A stretch of DNA of 64,000 bases from an uncultured bacterium (GTDB lineage Bacteria > Acidobacteriota > HRBIN11 > JAKEFK01). The stretch spans positions 960,001 through 1,024,000 of the forward strand of contig CAVZQN010000004.1 of the NCBI GenBank assembly GCA_963777505.1. The letters are read 5' to 3'. A program made the position numbers and the translations under genes. The notes beneath the pieces were generated by a model. It was not told the DNA's origin, made no database searches, and saw nothing but the letters and a program-made list of their open reading frames with translations. Below are positions 19,113-30,358 of this stretch, one piece after another. How positions within the stretch are numbered: the stretch's first letter is position 1; every line of letters starts with the position of its first letter.

Positions 19113-19562
19113 TTAAGAAGAGGTTGTTATCCTTCTGTAATAATTGACCTGTCCAAGATGATAATTTAAATGACCGTAGGTAATAAAGAGAATTTCAATC
19201 GTGGGACGGATTTTGTCCAAGAAAGGAATTGGAAAATCTTTTTGTAAATCCTCATCAGATAATTTCGGCAGCGTGGTTTTTACGATTTCAAGAGCTTCAA
19301 GCAGTCCCTTCAATAAATTCTCTCTGGATACGTTTCTGTCCGAAAACTCTTTATCACGTTGCCGCACATACCCCGTTTTCCCGAGTTGCGCGCCGATAAA
19401 ATGCTTCAGGTTGCCAGTGATATGCAACGTCAGCGTTCCCGGAGAATTGGCAATTCCTTCTTTCAATTGCCACAAATCCTCTTCGTTCCTAAACAGTGAG
19501 ATTTCTTGAACCAGATTGTTGATACCGTTTTCATAATAATTGAGTAAAAGCTTTGATGTCAT
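19113..19562 (-). CDS. DinB/DUF1572 family protein
   Basis: NSPGTLTLHITGNL, RQRDKEF, HLNYHLGQ. Confidence 0.85.
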   Translation of the reverse strand: MTSKLLLNYYENGINNLVQEISLFRNEEDLWQLKEGIANSPGTLTLHITGNLKHFIGAQLGKTGYVRQRDKEFSDRNVSRENLLKGLLEALEIVKTTLPKLSDEDLQKDFPIPFLDKIRPTIEILFITYGHLNYHLGQVNYYRRITTSS

Positions 19563-19715
19563 TTTGTAGTGAACTCCATTGTTCTTATTGAGTGCATCTT
19601 TAGAGTATTTTAATTCGTCTCCGGCTACTCGTCGAACTCGGCGTTAAACAGATTCATAGTAGGCCCTCTCACTGGATGTGGTTACAATAAATCTTTAAAA
19701 ACCTGGAGGCGATCC

Positions 19716-21275
19716 ATGTTGAAAAAAGTATCAGCGTACTTTTGCATCATATTTCTATTTGCCGGAATTTCCGCAGCCGCAGCCGATCAATTTGAAAAAA
19801 AGCTTCAGCAGATTATGGAGCGGACTGCATTTCGGCATGCATTTTTTGGAATTCAGTTCATCTCAGTTGAAAACAAAAAATCGCTTTATTCGATGAATGC
19901 GGACAAATTTTTTATCCCTGCTTCAACAACGAAACTGATTACAGCTGGCAGCGCTCTTGAATTGTTCGGTCCTGATCATCGTTTTACTACACGCGTCTAC
20001 CGTACCGGCCCAATCACCGCTGATGGAATCCTGGAAGGCGATCTGATTCTTGTTGCAAGCGGCGATCCCAATCTGTCAGGAAGGATCATGGAAGATGGTT
20101 CGCTAGCATTTGAAAATCAGGATCATTCATACGGCGGCGAACACAGCCGGGGTATAGGTGATCCATTGCAAGTGATTCGTAAACTAGCAAAGCAAGTTGC
20201 AGACAAAAAAATCAAAAGAATTTCAGGGCGAGTCATCGTGGATGCAACACTATTTCCGCAAGGGGAACGTGAATTAGGTACGGGCGTAGTTCTTTCACCG
20301 ATTGTTGTAAACGATAATGTTGTCGATCTACTTATTTCCCCCGGCGCGACCGAGAATGCTCCCGCCGTAGTTACAGTTTCACCAATTACTTCTTATCTGA
20401 GGGTTATCAACAAAGTTGTGACAGCGAAGAATGATTCTAATGCAGACTTTAGTCGCGATTCCGACGTTGAAAATAGTGACGGATCCAGGACTGTAACAAT
20501 TACAGGAAGCACACCGGCCGGTGGGCCTACAATTTTGGATAGTCACGCGGTTGAGGATCCAACCAGATTTGCGGAAATCGTTTTGAGTGAAGCATTGCGT
20601 GAAGCAGGAGTCATCGCGAATCCAAGATTGAAAGAAGATCAACCTGATTTCAAAGCAACATCTGCATTCTACTCTTCCGAAAATCAAGTTGCTGAACACG
20701 TGTCAGCTCCAATGTCAGAGGAAGCAAAAGTAATTTTGAAAGTAAGCCAAAATCTTCACGCCAGTATGATGCCGTATCTTTTTGCATCATTGATCGCAAA
20801 AAAAGAAGCGCCTCAAGCTGGGTTTGATTTGATGCGTGAGTTCCTTTCTAAGGCGAAACTGAACGTAGATGGCGCGTCACAAGGCGATGGTGCTGGAGGT
20901 TCAGCGAACTTTACTCCGGAATTTATGACGAATTACCTCGCATACATGAGTGAAGGAAAAAATTCCCAGATCTTTCATCAAGCTCTTCCTATCCTTGGGA
21001 AAGATGGAACATTGTTTCAAATTCAAATTGATTCACCGGCAGCAGGTCATGTTTTCGCAAAAACCGGAACATATACACGGTCAGATCTATTGCATGACGG
21101 AGTGCTGGTGGATAGCAAAGCTCTCGCAGGTTATATGATTACAAAAAGTGGAAAACGTCTGGCGTTTGCTCTGTTTGTGAATTTTGTGCCAGTCGGTTCA
21201 GAACCAAATGCGGTTCGTGATATTTGCGGGCAAGCATTGGGTGAGATTGCTGCGGCAGCGTATGAATTGTTTTGA
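19716..21275 (+). CDS. dacB: D-Ala-D-Ala carboxypeptidase/endopeptidase (PBP4, S13)
   Basis: PASTTK (SxxK), SGDP, SQN, DGT and AKTGT motifs; signal peptide. Confidence 0.88.
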   Translation: MLKKVSAYFCIIFLFAGISAAAADQFEKKLQQIMERTAFRHAFFGIQFISVENKKSLYSMNADKFFIPASTTKLITAGSALELFGPDHRFTTRVYRTGPITADGILEGDLILVASGDPNLSGRIMEDGSLAFENQDHSYGGEHSRGIGDPLQVIRKLAKQVADKKIKRISGRVIVDATLFPQGERELGTGVVLSPIVVNDNVVDLLISPGATENAPAVVTVSPITSYLRVINKVVTAKNDSNADFSRDSDVENSDGSRTVTITGSTPAGGPTILDSHAVEDPTRFAEIVLSEALREAGVIANPRLKEDQPDFKATSAFYSSENQVAEHVSAPMSEEAKVILKVSQNLHASMMPYLFASLIAKKEAPQAGFDLMREFLSKAKLNVDGASQGDGAGGSANFTPEFMTNYLAYMSEGKNSQIFHQALPILGKDGTLFQIQIDSPAAGHVFAKTGTYTRSDLLHDGVLVDSKALAGYMITKSGKRLAFALFVNFVPVGSEPNAVRDICGQALGEIAAAAYELF

Positions 21276-21316
21276 TCTAGAACATCGACGTCATTGCGAC
21301 GTAATATAATGAACAT

Positions 21317-22573
21317 ATGAGCCGAAAAAAGAAGCTAGACGAACATCAATATACAGTGATCGAAAAACATGGTGGGACTGCTGTTGTGGGATTCATTGCT
21401 TTCATGGGCGCTATCATGTATGGCAAGCATGGCGAAAGTAGCATCCTCTTCTACACCTTCTTTATGGCTTTGATCGTGCTTCTAATTCCCAGGATAACCG
21501 AACTCTTCCGCAGCCAACCAAAAACACAAGACAGTCAAGAATTGAAAGCTATGACTGAACGGCTTGAAAATCTGGAATCACTTGTCTGCCGTCTTGATAC
21601 TGAAATTAATGTTCAGCTTGAAAAATCACTCTCCTCAGGTAAATTGGTCACGTTTGATGCTGGTGAAAATAGTCAGCTTCCAACTTCATTCCTGAACATT
21701 ACATCGGTGCTTGAGAGCCGCTACCAAATTTTAAAAGAACTCGGAAGAGGTGGGATGGGAATTGTATTTCAAGCGCATGATAAACAACTTCGCGAGCAAG
21801 TTGCGATTAAGATACTTTCGCCGATTCTCAGTACAAATTCAGAAGCGCTTGAAAGGATGAAGCGGGAAGTTTCTGCAGCACGCCGTGTTACTCATCCTAA
21901 TGTCATTCGAATTCACGATATCTTTGAAACAGGCGGGTTGAATTATGTTTCAATGGAATATTTTCATGGTTCAAACTTAAAGGAAGTAATCCGGAAAAAT
22001 GGCGCAATGTCGATGATCGAAGGCTTTCAAATTGCTGCACAAATTTGTGATGGAGTTGAAGCCGCTCACAAACAGGGTGTCATCCACCGTGATCTGAAAT
22101 CTCAAAATATTATTGTAGATGCTGCAGGACAGCTAAAAATCATCGACTTTGGTCTGGCTTCAACAACTCACGCGGAAGGAATGACTGCAACTGGATTGAT
22201 TATGGGGACTCCTGAATACATGGCTCCAGAACAAGTCGCAGGCAAAAAGGTGGATGAAAGGGCAGATCTTTATTCAATAGGAATTATCCTTTATGAACTG
22301 TTCACTGGATCTGTGCCATTTACCGGAGAATCTGCAATTGCAATCGGGTTCAAGCAGATTAAAGAGAATCCCGTGACGCCTTCTGAAAGAAACAAAAGTA
22401 TTTCACCGGAGCTGGACCAAATCATCCACAAATTGTTAGAAAAAAATCCAGCGGATCGATACCGGTCTGTTTCTGAATTGAAGAAAGATCTCGAACGTAT
22501 CTTTAGCAGCGAAATTCCTGCCGCTCAAAAAGATTCAACCGCATTGCGACAAGTTCAATCAACTCGCCAATAG
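21317..22573 (+). CDS. Membrane-anchored Ser/Thr protein kinase
   Basis: Two N-terminal TM segments; GRGGMG, VAIK, HRDLK, DFG, GTPEYMAPE. Confidence 0.93.
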   Translation: MSRKKKLDEHQYTVIEKHGGTAVVGFIAFMGAIMYGKHGESSILFYTFFMALIVLLIPRITELFRSQPKTQDSQELKAMTERLENLESLVCRLDTEINVQLEKSLSSGKLVTFDAGENSQLPTSFLNITSVLESRYQILKELGRGGMGIVFQAHDKQLREQVAIKILSPILSTNSEALERMKREVSAARRVTHPNVIRIHDIFETGGLNYVSMEYFHGSNLKEVIRKNGAMSMIEGFQIAAQICDGVEAAHKQGVIHRDLKSQNIIVDAAGQLKIIDFGLASTTHAEGMTATGLIMGTPEYMAPEQVAGKKVDERADLYSIGIILYELFTGSVPFTGESAIAIGFKQIKENPVTPSERNKSISPELDQIIHKLLEKNPADRYRSVSELKKDLERIFSSEIPAAQKDSTALRQVQSTRQ

Positions 22574-22574
22574 A

Positions 22575-24086
22575 CTAACGGCAAACCACATTGGGATTGC
22601 AATCGAATTGCGGCCAGACGTAAGTATTTCTTTCGCCAACTTCAACCCAGTCTTTTCCATCACGAAGATGGATGCGGAATGTGTTATTTCCCAGGTCATA
22701 CATTTCGCAAATTACACCGATCCAATATCCTTTATCGACATCATTAATTCCGCCCCGGCGTACGTCACCACAAAGGTAAAACACATCGCTGCAGGTTACC
22801 GGTTCAAGAAAACGGCCCGTGACAATCTTCGCATCTTCATCTTCGCTGATGACTTCAAATAAATGATAGTCTCGTCCCTCTGCTGGGGTGGTACATTTGC
22901 CTTCGACGGGACCAGGTTCATCATCGTCATCATCTTTTGCTCTCACATCTAAAGTTCTTGTGAAAGTATCCGTTTCGCCATCCTCATCAGTGACAGTTAG
23001 CGCGATTTCAAAAGTTCCTTCTCTAGTGAAACTATACTGGGGAGTTCGATTCGTAAACGTATTGTTTTCGATTAACCAACGGAATTCGACGATTGTTCCA
23101 TCCGTATCGCTGCTCGGTGTTGAATCAAACGTAAATACGGTTTCAGTTGTCCCCGTTGTAGGGATGATATTAAAGTTTGCATTCGGCGGATCTCCAATTA
23201 TCTGCAAACTTTTTTCTTTTGATGATTCGAGCCCGTCATTATCTGTTACTGTTAGAACTACCGAAAAGTCGCCTTTTTCTGAAAAGCGATGCGTGACTCT
23301 CGATCCACTTGCAATACCGCCGTCACCAAATTCCCATTCATAACTTTGAACACGGCCATCGCTATCCGTACTTGTCGATCCATCAAATTCAAATAAGGTG
23401 TTTGTATTTCCTTCTTGCGGCTGAACATTTAAATGTGCAACCGGAGGAAATGCATTTTCAATTCTTATCTGGCGGGTTGAATTCGTTTTACTTTGTCGAT
23501 TATCGGTTACAGTCAACGTTGTAGTGAACATCCCGGCTGACTCATAACGATGCGTTACAACTTTGCCCTCAGACCTGGCTCCGTCGCCAAAATCCCATTG
23601 ATAAAGTTGAATCGTTCCATCATTGTCACGCGATCCGGAAGCATCAAAAGTAATCTCTGTTCCTTTGTTCCCGTTTGGCGGGTTAGCCGAAAAAATTGCT
23701 TGTGGTGGAACATTTTCAGCAACAGAAAAAGTATCTTCCAACTCGCCCACTCCAGCCATAGTTGAAACTGAAATTGTTCGAGACCCAGAAGATGCGCCAG
23801 GGCTAACAGTAAAACGAATTGCAATTTCTGTGCTGCTAACCAGTTTCGTTTTCAGAATTTCTATACCTGGCCCCAAATTGACAGATTCAAAGCCAGTGAA
23901 GTTGGAGCCCACAATAATTGCGCGAATGTTTGTCTGACCGGGAAATACTTGAGATGGAGTAATCGAATTGATTCTCGGTCGTGAGCCAGAACCTGAAGTG
24001 CTGTCATCTTCCATGCAAGCCATCAAAGCTATCAATGAAGAGGCAGCCAATAACAATATACAAAGCCTCAAAAGTACGATCATCAT
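22575..24086 (-). CDS. PKD-domain lipoprotein (Ig-like domain plus 3 PKD plus Cys-rich C-terminus)
   Basis: Lipobox LMAC; FDAS.S.D.DG...WDFGDG repeats. Confidence 0.85.
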   Translation of the reverse strand: MMIVLLRLCILLLAASSLIALMACMEDDSTSGSGSRPRINSITPSQVFPGQTNIRAIIVGSNFTGFESVNLGPGIEILKTKLVSSTEIAIRFTVSPGASSGSRTISVSTMAGVGELEDTFSVAENVPPQAIFSANPPNGNKGTEITFDASGSRDNDGTIQLYQWDFGDGARSEGKVVTHRYESAGMFTTTLTVTDNRQSKTNSTRQIRIENAFPPVAHLNVQPQEGNTNTLFEFDGSTSTDSDGRVQSYEWEFGDGGIASGSRVTHRFSEKGDFSVVLTVTDNDGLESSKEKSLQIIGDPPNANFNIIPTTGTTETVFTFDSTPSSDTDGTIVEFRWLIENNTFTNRTPQYSFTREGTFEIALTVTDEDGETDTFTRTLDVRAKDDDDDEPGPVEGKCTTPAEGRDYHLFEVISEDEDAKIVTGRFLEPVTCSDVFYLCGDVRRGGINDVDKGYWIGVICEMYDLGNNTFRIHLRDGKDWVEVGERNTYVWPQFDCNPNVVCR

Positions 24087-24244
24087 CTCCTTTACCTCTT
24101 TTCTATTACTATGTCTGTAATATTTTTTGTAGAGAACGATTCTTACGTACTATTTGTATCATATTATAAAAAGAAAAATCAACACGAGCTGGCTTCACAA
24201 GCGACAGGATTAGTTGCGGAGCACTTAGACTGCGAGTTCCAATT

Positions 24245-26662
24245 CTATTTGCTTGCAGAGACCGGCAGATGTTTTTGCAATATGGGACGAAACAACAAAA
24301 AGCCTGTTGCATAAATGAGGGCAGCAAGTAAGAAAACATTCCTGAAACCCAATTGCATACTTAACACAACTGAAAGAAGAGAGCCAAAGACTGTCATGAA
24401 GGAATTAGTTCCCCATGCGAGAGGAATCCAATTCGACTGCCTATGATCAAGAATATGAATTCCCGCAGGGAATGGCATTCCCAGGAGTAAAGCGATTGGA
24501 GCAATTATTATTACCGTCAGCACAATACGGGCAAACATGGAAAGACCGAGACCCCATCGAATCAACCAATTCAACGCAAATGACTCAAGTACAATCAATA
24601 GGATCAAAACAAGCATAAGAATCGGAAGACGATGTTCAACTTCTCCCATCCAGCGTTTCGCTACATAACTGCCAATACCGGAGAACAAAAGAAGTGAAAA
24701 AAGCGTGATACAAATCGAATACGTAGGCCCACCTAAAAACACAGTCAATTTTTGTATCAAAGCAATTTCAACAAAAATAAAGCCTAATCCCAGCGCACCA
24801 AAGTATGCGATTACATGGGAGATACCACGTTCACGCGGAACAGCTCCCGATTGAATGAGTGGATATAGGATTCCCACTAAAGCAAGAAGGAGAACCAGAA
24901 CCAAACTTTGACCAAGTGTAATCAAGCCTACAGGTGTATTGTACAAACCTTCACTTTCATTCTCTCTGTGAAAAAGACTGGACCACTTGTAATAGTTAAA
25001 GAAAAAAGGCTTATCATCGGTTGAGGGTCTGACATCGAAAACATACTGTTCGTAAAATACTTCTCGTTCTTGGGGCGATGCGCGAATTAGCCGATTAAAT
25101 TCATTGTCAGTTGGAGAAAATGGATCATAAAGAATCTCAAAATCATTCTGTACAGCCCAACTGCGAAGATTTTCCATCTCCTGAACGGTAAATGGAGATC
25201 GTTTCAGAATCGTCTCGGCCCAATGATCACTCTTAAGAACCACGATCTGGTTCTTTGCAGCAGCTGCGCCGCTTTGCTCAAGTGCCTGCACCATCATTGC
25301 TGCGAGTCTGAGATTCTCGCGCGGCGGCTTAATGTGCCAGCGCGAAAAAGACAAAACGCCATTTGCAGTCAGATGTTTCATATAATCTTGAATCGCTTCG
25401 AAGGTATATAGATAATTTTCAGAAAGAGAATATGCGCCAAGCGAAAGCGCTGTAAAAGTATCCACACCGCTTAACTGAATTACATCGTAAAGATTTCCAT
25501 CCCTTGATAAAAAGTGCCTGCCTTCCGCAGCATGAATATCTACATTTGGACGATCAAAATAACCTCCGGAATACTCTTTATATCGATTGCGAACCGCATC
25601 AACCATCAAAGAATTGATTTCTGCTCCTGTGACATGCGATGCACCATTGTAAAGAGCGATTAAAACATCGACTCCTCCACCTACACCGATGATCAGAACT
25701 TTCGGATTGTCTTTAATCATGTAAGGAGCAGCATGTATTAATTTGTCCAAATAGGTTAGTTTCTTGATCTCACCATCGGATCTCAAAATGGAAGTGGGTG
25801 CGGCTCCATCTTGATACACAATGCGGGTCTCCGCAGTAGGAAGAAATTTATTGCTCATACTGCCGCCAAATGTGAGCAAAGGTCCCACGTATGAACGTGA
25901 AATATCCAGACGTGCAACAATACTCCACTTGCTCCACTCAATTCCTACCGGCCCTTCATTCGCATTTGCAAGTGCGGAGAGTTCCTTTGATCGCGGAGGA
26001 TAAACTAAATATGGGTCACGATAGAGTCCAATCGCAAGAATACTTCCAAGAATCAGGACGCTTATGATCTGCCGAAAAGTAAATTTTTTCTCCACTTCAA
26101 TTTGAAACAAAAGAGCGGAAATTCCCGCCATTAGACCTACCAAAAATACGGTGTTTGTTGCGCCAAGATAATGGATTGCTGGAACACTCATCAAACTTCC
26201 GATTGCAGCTCCAGCAAGATCTGCAAAATAGACGCGCGTGATATGTGCGCTATAGGTGGAGACAATGCTTACAAGACAAAGTCCGGCAAAATAAAATGGC
26301 ACGGAGAGAGCAACAAAATAAATCACCAGACTAATGATTTGAATGTTGTCTTTACCAATATTGAGCGGTTCAAAAACGACACGAATTACGATAAAAAAAC
26401 AAAAAATAACTGCATATGCGTACAGCGATGCATTTCGTGAAAGTTTATTAATGCCGAGAGTTTCACCCTTTCTTGCCCGCGACATCAAATAGGAGCCTGC
26501 GGCTCCGTAACCCAGCAAAGCGATACTGATAATCATGGTAGTGAAATGATGCCAGGTCAGGACGGCAAAAATTCGGGTGATAGCAATTTGAAGCTGCAAA
26601 ACGGACGCTGCAATTAAAAAAGTGCTTACAAGCAGCAATCTGGAGGGCGATTGGGCGCTCAT
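24245..26662 (-). CDS. Membrane protein with central spermidine-synthase-like SAM-binding domain
   Basis: Multiple TM segments flanking VLIIGVGGGVD...AEIN...AEGR...YDVI; GMPFP motif. Confidence 0.82.
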   Translation of the reverse strand: MSAQSPSRLLLVSTFLIAASVLQLQIAITRIFAVLTWHHFTTMIISIALLGYGAAGSYLMSRARKGETLGINKLSRNASLYAYAVIFCFFIVIRVVFEPLNIGKDNIQIISLVIYFVALSVPFYFAGLCLVSIVSTYSAHITRVYFADLAGAAIGSLMSVPAIHYLGATNTVFLVGLMAGISALLFQIEVEKKFTFRQIISVLILGSILAIGLYRDPYLVYPPRSKELSALANANEGPVGIEWSKWSIVARLDISRSYVGPLLTFGGSMSNKFLPTAETRIVYQDGAAPTSILRSDGEIKKLTYLDKLIHAAPYMIKDNPKVLIIGVGGGVDVLIALYNGASHVTGAEINSLMVDAVRNRYKEYSGGYFDRPNVDIHAAEGRHFLSRDGNLYDVIQLSGVDTFTALSLGAYSLSENYLYTFEAIQDYMKHLTANGVLSFSRWHIKPPRENLRLAAMMVQALEQSGAAAAKNQIVVLKSDHWAETILKRSPFTVQEMENLRSWAVQNDFEILYDPFSPTDNEFNRLIRASPQEREVFYEQYVFDVRPSTDDKPFFFNYYKWSSLFHRENESEGLYNTPVGLITLGQSLVLVLLLALVGILYPLIQSGAVPRERGISHVIAYFGALGLGFIFVEIALIQKLTVFLGGPTYSICITLFSLLLFSGIGSYVAKRWMGEVEHRLPILMLVLILLIVLESFALNWLIRWGLGLSMFARIVLTVIIIAPIALLLGMPFPAGIHILDHRQSNWIPLAWGTNSFMTVFGSLLSVVLSMQLGFRNVFLLAALIYATGFLLFRPILQKHLPVSASK

Positions 26663-26744
26663 CCTTAGGTAGCATCATAATACGTAAAGAGTAGTACGTA
26701 AACACACAAAGATCCGAGCTCAGGATTATTGGCATTGCGAGAAG

Positions 26745-27398
26745 TCAGCTTTGGGCAATTTTTCCGCGGGCTTTTTGCAAGAAGTCGATTACGGCATCAT
26801 CGGATGTTTGAGTAAAATCCATGTACCAACTGCCAACACCATAAAATGGCTCAGGCGTTACTCCACAAACCACATGATCGACCTCTGATTCAAACTCTTT
26901 GCACGTGGAGGGAGCGGCAACCGGGACTGCAACTACAATTTGCTTAACACGCCGATGTCTAAGGGCTTCAGCAGCGGCTCGCATCGTTGCGCCTGTAGCG
27001 AGCCCATCATCAATTAAGATGACCGTTTTGTTTCTAACATCGATTGGCGATTCTTCCTGCCTGTAATATTTTTCCCTTCGTTCTAATTCAGCCTGCTCTA
27101 ATGCTGCTACCGAATCGATGACAGTTTGTGGAATTCCTAATGAGCGAACAATATCTTCATTCAGAACACGAATGCTACCACTTGCAATTGCACCCATCGC
27201 AAGTTCTTCATGACCCGGAACTCCTAATTTCCGGACAAGGTAGATATCAAGAGGCAAATCAAGCTCTGTGGCAACTTGATATGCGACCGGTACTCCGCCT
27301 CTTGGAAGCGCTAAAACAACAACATCGGGGCGGCTGCGGTATTTGCCTAATTTCGCAGCAAGAAATTTCCCTGCTTCGACCCGGTCATGGAATAACAT
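26745..27398 (-). CDS. Phosphoribosyltransferase family protein
   Basis: LALPRGGVP, EELAMGA, ILIDDGLATGAT. Confidence 0.92.
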   Translation of the reverse strand: MLFHDRVEAGKFLAAKLGKYRSRPDVVVLALPRGGVPVAYQVATELDLPLDIYLVRKLGVPGHEELAMGAIASGSIRVLNEDIVRSLGIPQTVIDSVAALEQAELERREKYYRQEESPIDVRNKTVILIDDGLATGATMRAAAEALRHRRVKQIVVAVPVAAPSTCKEFESEVDHVVCGVTPEPFYGVGSWYMDFTQTSDDAVIDFLQKARGKIAQS

Positions 27399-27516
27399 AC
27401 CAATTTGTAATCCTTACTTTGGAAGCTATTCCTCCTGTCAGGATTATCAATGTAATTCTTGCAATTAGAGTGTTATGGAATAACCTTAAAGCGCTCGACT
27501 TCACGTTCGGAGTGTT

Positions 27517-28446
27517 ATGGGTATGCACACAATCCTTGGAACTACTGGCACCATCGGAAAAGAGCTTACAAAGGAACTTGTAAAGAAAGGAAAACCTGTC
27601 CGTGTTGTAAGCCGCAATCCGAAAGTTATTCCTGGAGCTACTGAACTTGCAACAGCCAACATAATTGACCCAAATCAAACGATGGAAGCAGTTGCAGGTT
27701 CAGCGATTGTATATTTGGTTATCGGACTGAAGTACGATACGAAAATCTGGCGGCAGCAATGGCCTCTTATTATGAGGAACACAATTGAAGCATGTAAAAA
27801 GGCAAGAGCGAAGCTCATTTTTTTTGACAATGTTTATATGTACGGAAAAGTGCATGGTGCGATGACTGAAGAAACTCCGTTTCGACCCGTTAGCAAGAAA
27901 GGAGAAGTTCGCGCCCAGATTGCTCAAATGCTTTTAGATGAAATCAAAGCCGGTAATATTACTGGAATGATCGCGCGCTCTGCTGATTTTTATGGACCGA
28001 AAGTCAAAAACAGCGTGTTCAATATTCTGGTGTTTGAGAAATTTGCGAAAGGTCAAAAAGCAAACTGGCTTGTGAATGATACAGTTCGACATTCGTTTAC
28101 ATTTACTTCGGATGCATCGAAAAGCCTGATTGTTCTTGCAGAAAGCGAGGAAGCATGGAACCAGACCTGGCATCTTCCAACAGCGCCAAACCCTTTAACA
28201 GGAAAGGAATATATTCAACTCGCAGCTAATCAATTTGGTGTTCCGCCAAGATATCAAGTGTTAAACAAGATGATGCTGCGGCTTGGTGGATTGTTTGACT
28301 CAAATATTCGTGAAAGTTATGAAATGAATTATCAATATGAGTTTGATTACATCTTTGACTCATCGAAATACAACAAGAAGTTCAATTTCAATCCGGTTCC
28401 CTATACTGAAGGCGTGAAAATAACGGCGGCATCATACAAGAACTGA
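27517..28446 (+). CDS. NAD-dependent epimerase/dehydratase
   Basis: ILGTTGTIG, DNVYMYG, ADFYGP. Confidence 0.9.
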   Translation: MGMHTILGTTGTIGKELTKELVKKGKPVRVVSRNPKVIPGATELATANIIDPNQTMEAVAGSAIVYLVIGLKYDTKIWRQQWPLIMRNTIEACKKARAKLIFFDNVYMYGKVHGAMTEETPFRPVSKKGEVRAQIAQMLLDEIKAGNITGMIARSADFYGPKVKNSVFNILVFEKFAKGQKANWLVNDTVRHSFTFTSDASKSLIVLAESEEAWNQTWHLPTAPNPLTGKEYIQLAANQFGVPPRYQVLNKMMLRLGGLFDSNIRESYEMNYQYEFDYIFDSSKYNKKFNFNPVPYTEGVKITAASYKN

Positions 28447-28455
28447 TTGATAACA

Positions 28456-28530
28456 GAAGGGGCGGCCCTTGTGGCCGCCCTGCGAATCCAGTTCACGAAT
28501 ATACGGGCGACCACAAGGGTCGCCCCTACT
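28456..28530. repeat. Inverted REP pair (GTAG-type)
   Basis: GGGGCGGCCCTTGTGGCCGCCC ... GGGCGACCACAAGGGTCGCCCCTAC; also present at 36453. Confidence 0.8.
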
Positions 28531-28537
28531 TAAAATA

Positions 28538-30295
28538 TTAACTCTGCTTTGCGATCCAGGAATCGATGCGTTGTTCTAGAACTGTAAGCGGTACAGGGCC
28601 TGCACCTAACACTTGATCGTGAAACCCACGAATATTAAATCGATCTCCTAATTCTTTTTTTGCATGTTCGCGCAGTTCGAGTATTTTCAGCTGTCCAACC
28701 TTATAAGAGACAGCTTGTCCTGGCGTTGAGATATAGCGATTGGTTTCACTTTGAACATCGATTTCATCTAATGCTGAATGCTGACGGATATAGTCAACAA
28801 CCTGTTCACGATTCCATTTCTTGAAATGCAAACCGGAATCAACCACTAGGCGGATTGCGCGAAGTATTTCATCTTGTAAACGTCCATAGTCATTGTATGG
28901 ATCTTTATAGAGTCCGACTTCTTTTCCAAGTGCTTCCGAATACAATCCCCATCCTTCAATGAATGAACCGAAATAAAGATTCTGTCTGTAAGGCGGAAGT
29001 TCGGGCAATTCTTGTTGAATTGCGATCTGTAAATGATGACCTGGATGACCTTCATGAAACGCAGTGGATTCAACGCTGATTGTGCTGCGTTCTTCAGGTT
29101 TGTATGTATTGATCTGAACACGTCCTGGCCGGCTTCCATCCGGAGCTGGAGGTTGATATTGCGCTGCTGCTGCGTCTTTTTCGCGGAACTGTTCTACTTC
29201 TACGATCTCAAGTTTTGCTTTCGGAAGAGTTCCAAACAATTGAGGCAGCAATTTTTCCATATTGGAAATGTGCATGCGATACAACTCTAACAAATGTTCA
29301 CGTGTATTCGCTTTTAAGTTTTGATTTTCTTTAATCGAAGCATTCAAAGATTTCAAATCGTTGAAACCTAATTTCTTTGCAATTCCCAGCATTTCAGTTT
29401 CAATCCGAGCCACTTCTTTCAAGCCGAGCTGATGAATTTCTTCCGGTGTCATACTTGTTGTTGTGCTTAACCGGACTGCTCTTGCGTACCGGGCATCACC
29501 ATCAGGAAGCGACCAGATGCCAACTTCTGTCCGGCCGGCGGGAGCATAATCTTTTTCAACAAAGTCTGCGAATTTCATATAAGCGGGAGATACCGCAGTA
29601 CGAATCGTTTCAAGCATGGATTCACGAATCCGTTTTTGATCCGATTCCGATATTTCTTTTGGAAAGTTTTTTAAAGGTTCAGCAAATGGTGATTCCTCCA
29701 CATTTTTTTGAGCGATCCCACGTGACTGTTCAACTACCTTTTCCAAAAGGAATCGAGGCGGTATTAATTTCTTTTGCATTCCTAAACGCATCCGCTCAAT
29801 GGTTTGATCAAACAAAAGCGGCAATCCTTTTAGCCGTGTTATGTAATCTTCATAATCTTTTACTGTAGTGAATGGAAGTTGTGAAACAACTTGTGGTGTT
29901 GCAAGATGAATTCCAGATCTCTGATTCACGGGCATTAAGTAATTTTCGAACTTCTCACCCTCAACTAAATTTTTCAAATCAATAACCATCAACTCTTTAT
30001 TCAGCACTTCTTGTTCACTAAAGCCAGAAGTATCAATCGCTTCGAATCGTTTCAGGAATTCACGAGTTTTTTCGTAGTCTTTTTTAATGCCTGAAATCGA
30101 TTCGTCCGACAGTTTATCGTTCCATCGTTTGTCACCGATCACGGAAGCGTAGACAGGATCAGCTTCAAGTGAGTAATCCCATTGCTCTTTTAAAAGATCA
30201 TTGAGCAGTTTACGGCGGGTTTCCAGATCCTTCGATTGTCCAAACAAGGACGTAAAAGACAGAACGAAAATCAGACAAATAACGATTTTTTTCAT
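28538..30295 (-). CDS. DUF885 family protein (putative metallopeptidase)
   Basis: Signal peptide; HEGHPGHH, EGWGLYSE, PGQA.SYK.G, FHD.VL. Confidence 0.92.
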   Translation of the reverse strand: MKKIVICLIFVLSFTSLFGQSKDLETRRKLLNDLLKEQWDYSLEADPVYASVIGDKRWNDKLSDESISGIKKDYEKTREFLKRFEAIDTSGFSEQEVLNKELMVIDLKNLVEGEKFENYLMPVNQRSGIHLATPQVVSQLPFTTVKDYEDYITRLKGLPLLFDQTIERMRLGMQKKLIPPRFLLEKVVEQSRGIAQKNVEESPFAEPLKNFPKEISESDQKRIRESMLETIRTAVSPAYMKFADFVEKDYAPAGRTEVGIWSLPDGDARYARAVRLSTTTSMTPEEIHQLGLKEVARIETEMLGIAKKLGFNDLKSLNASIKENQNLKANTREHLLELYRMHISNMEKLLPQLFGTLPKAKLEIVEVEQFREKDAAAAQYQPPAPDGSRPGRVQINTYKPEERSTISVESTAFHEGHPGHHLQIAIQQELPELPPYRQNLYFGSFIEGWGLYSEALGKEVGLYKDPYNDYGRLQDEILRAIRLVVDSGLHFKKWNREQVVDYIRQHSALDEIDVQSETNRYISTPGQAVSYKVGQLKILELREHAKKELGDRFNIRGFHDQVLGAGPVPLTVLEQRIDSWIAKQS

Positions 30296-30358
30296 GAAAT
30301 CTCCCAAAAACGAAAGTTGGCAAATAACTAGACGTAATTCAGCATCAAAAAGTTGGCT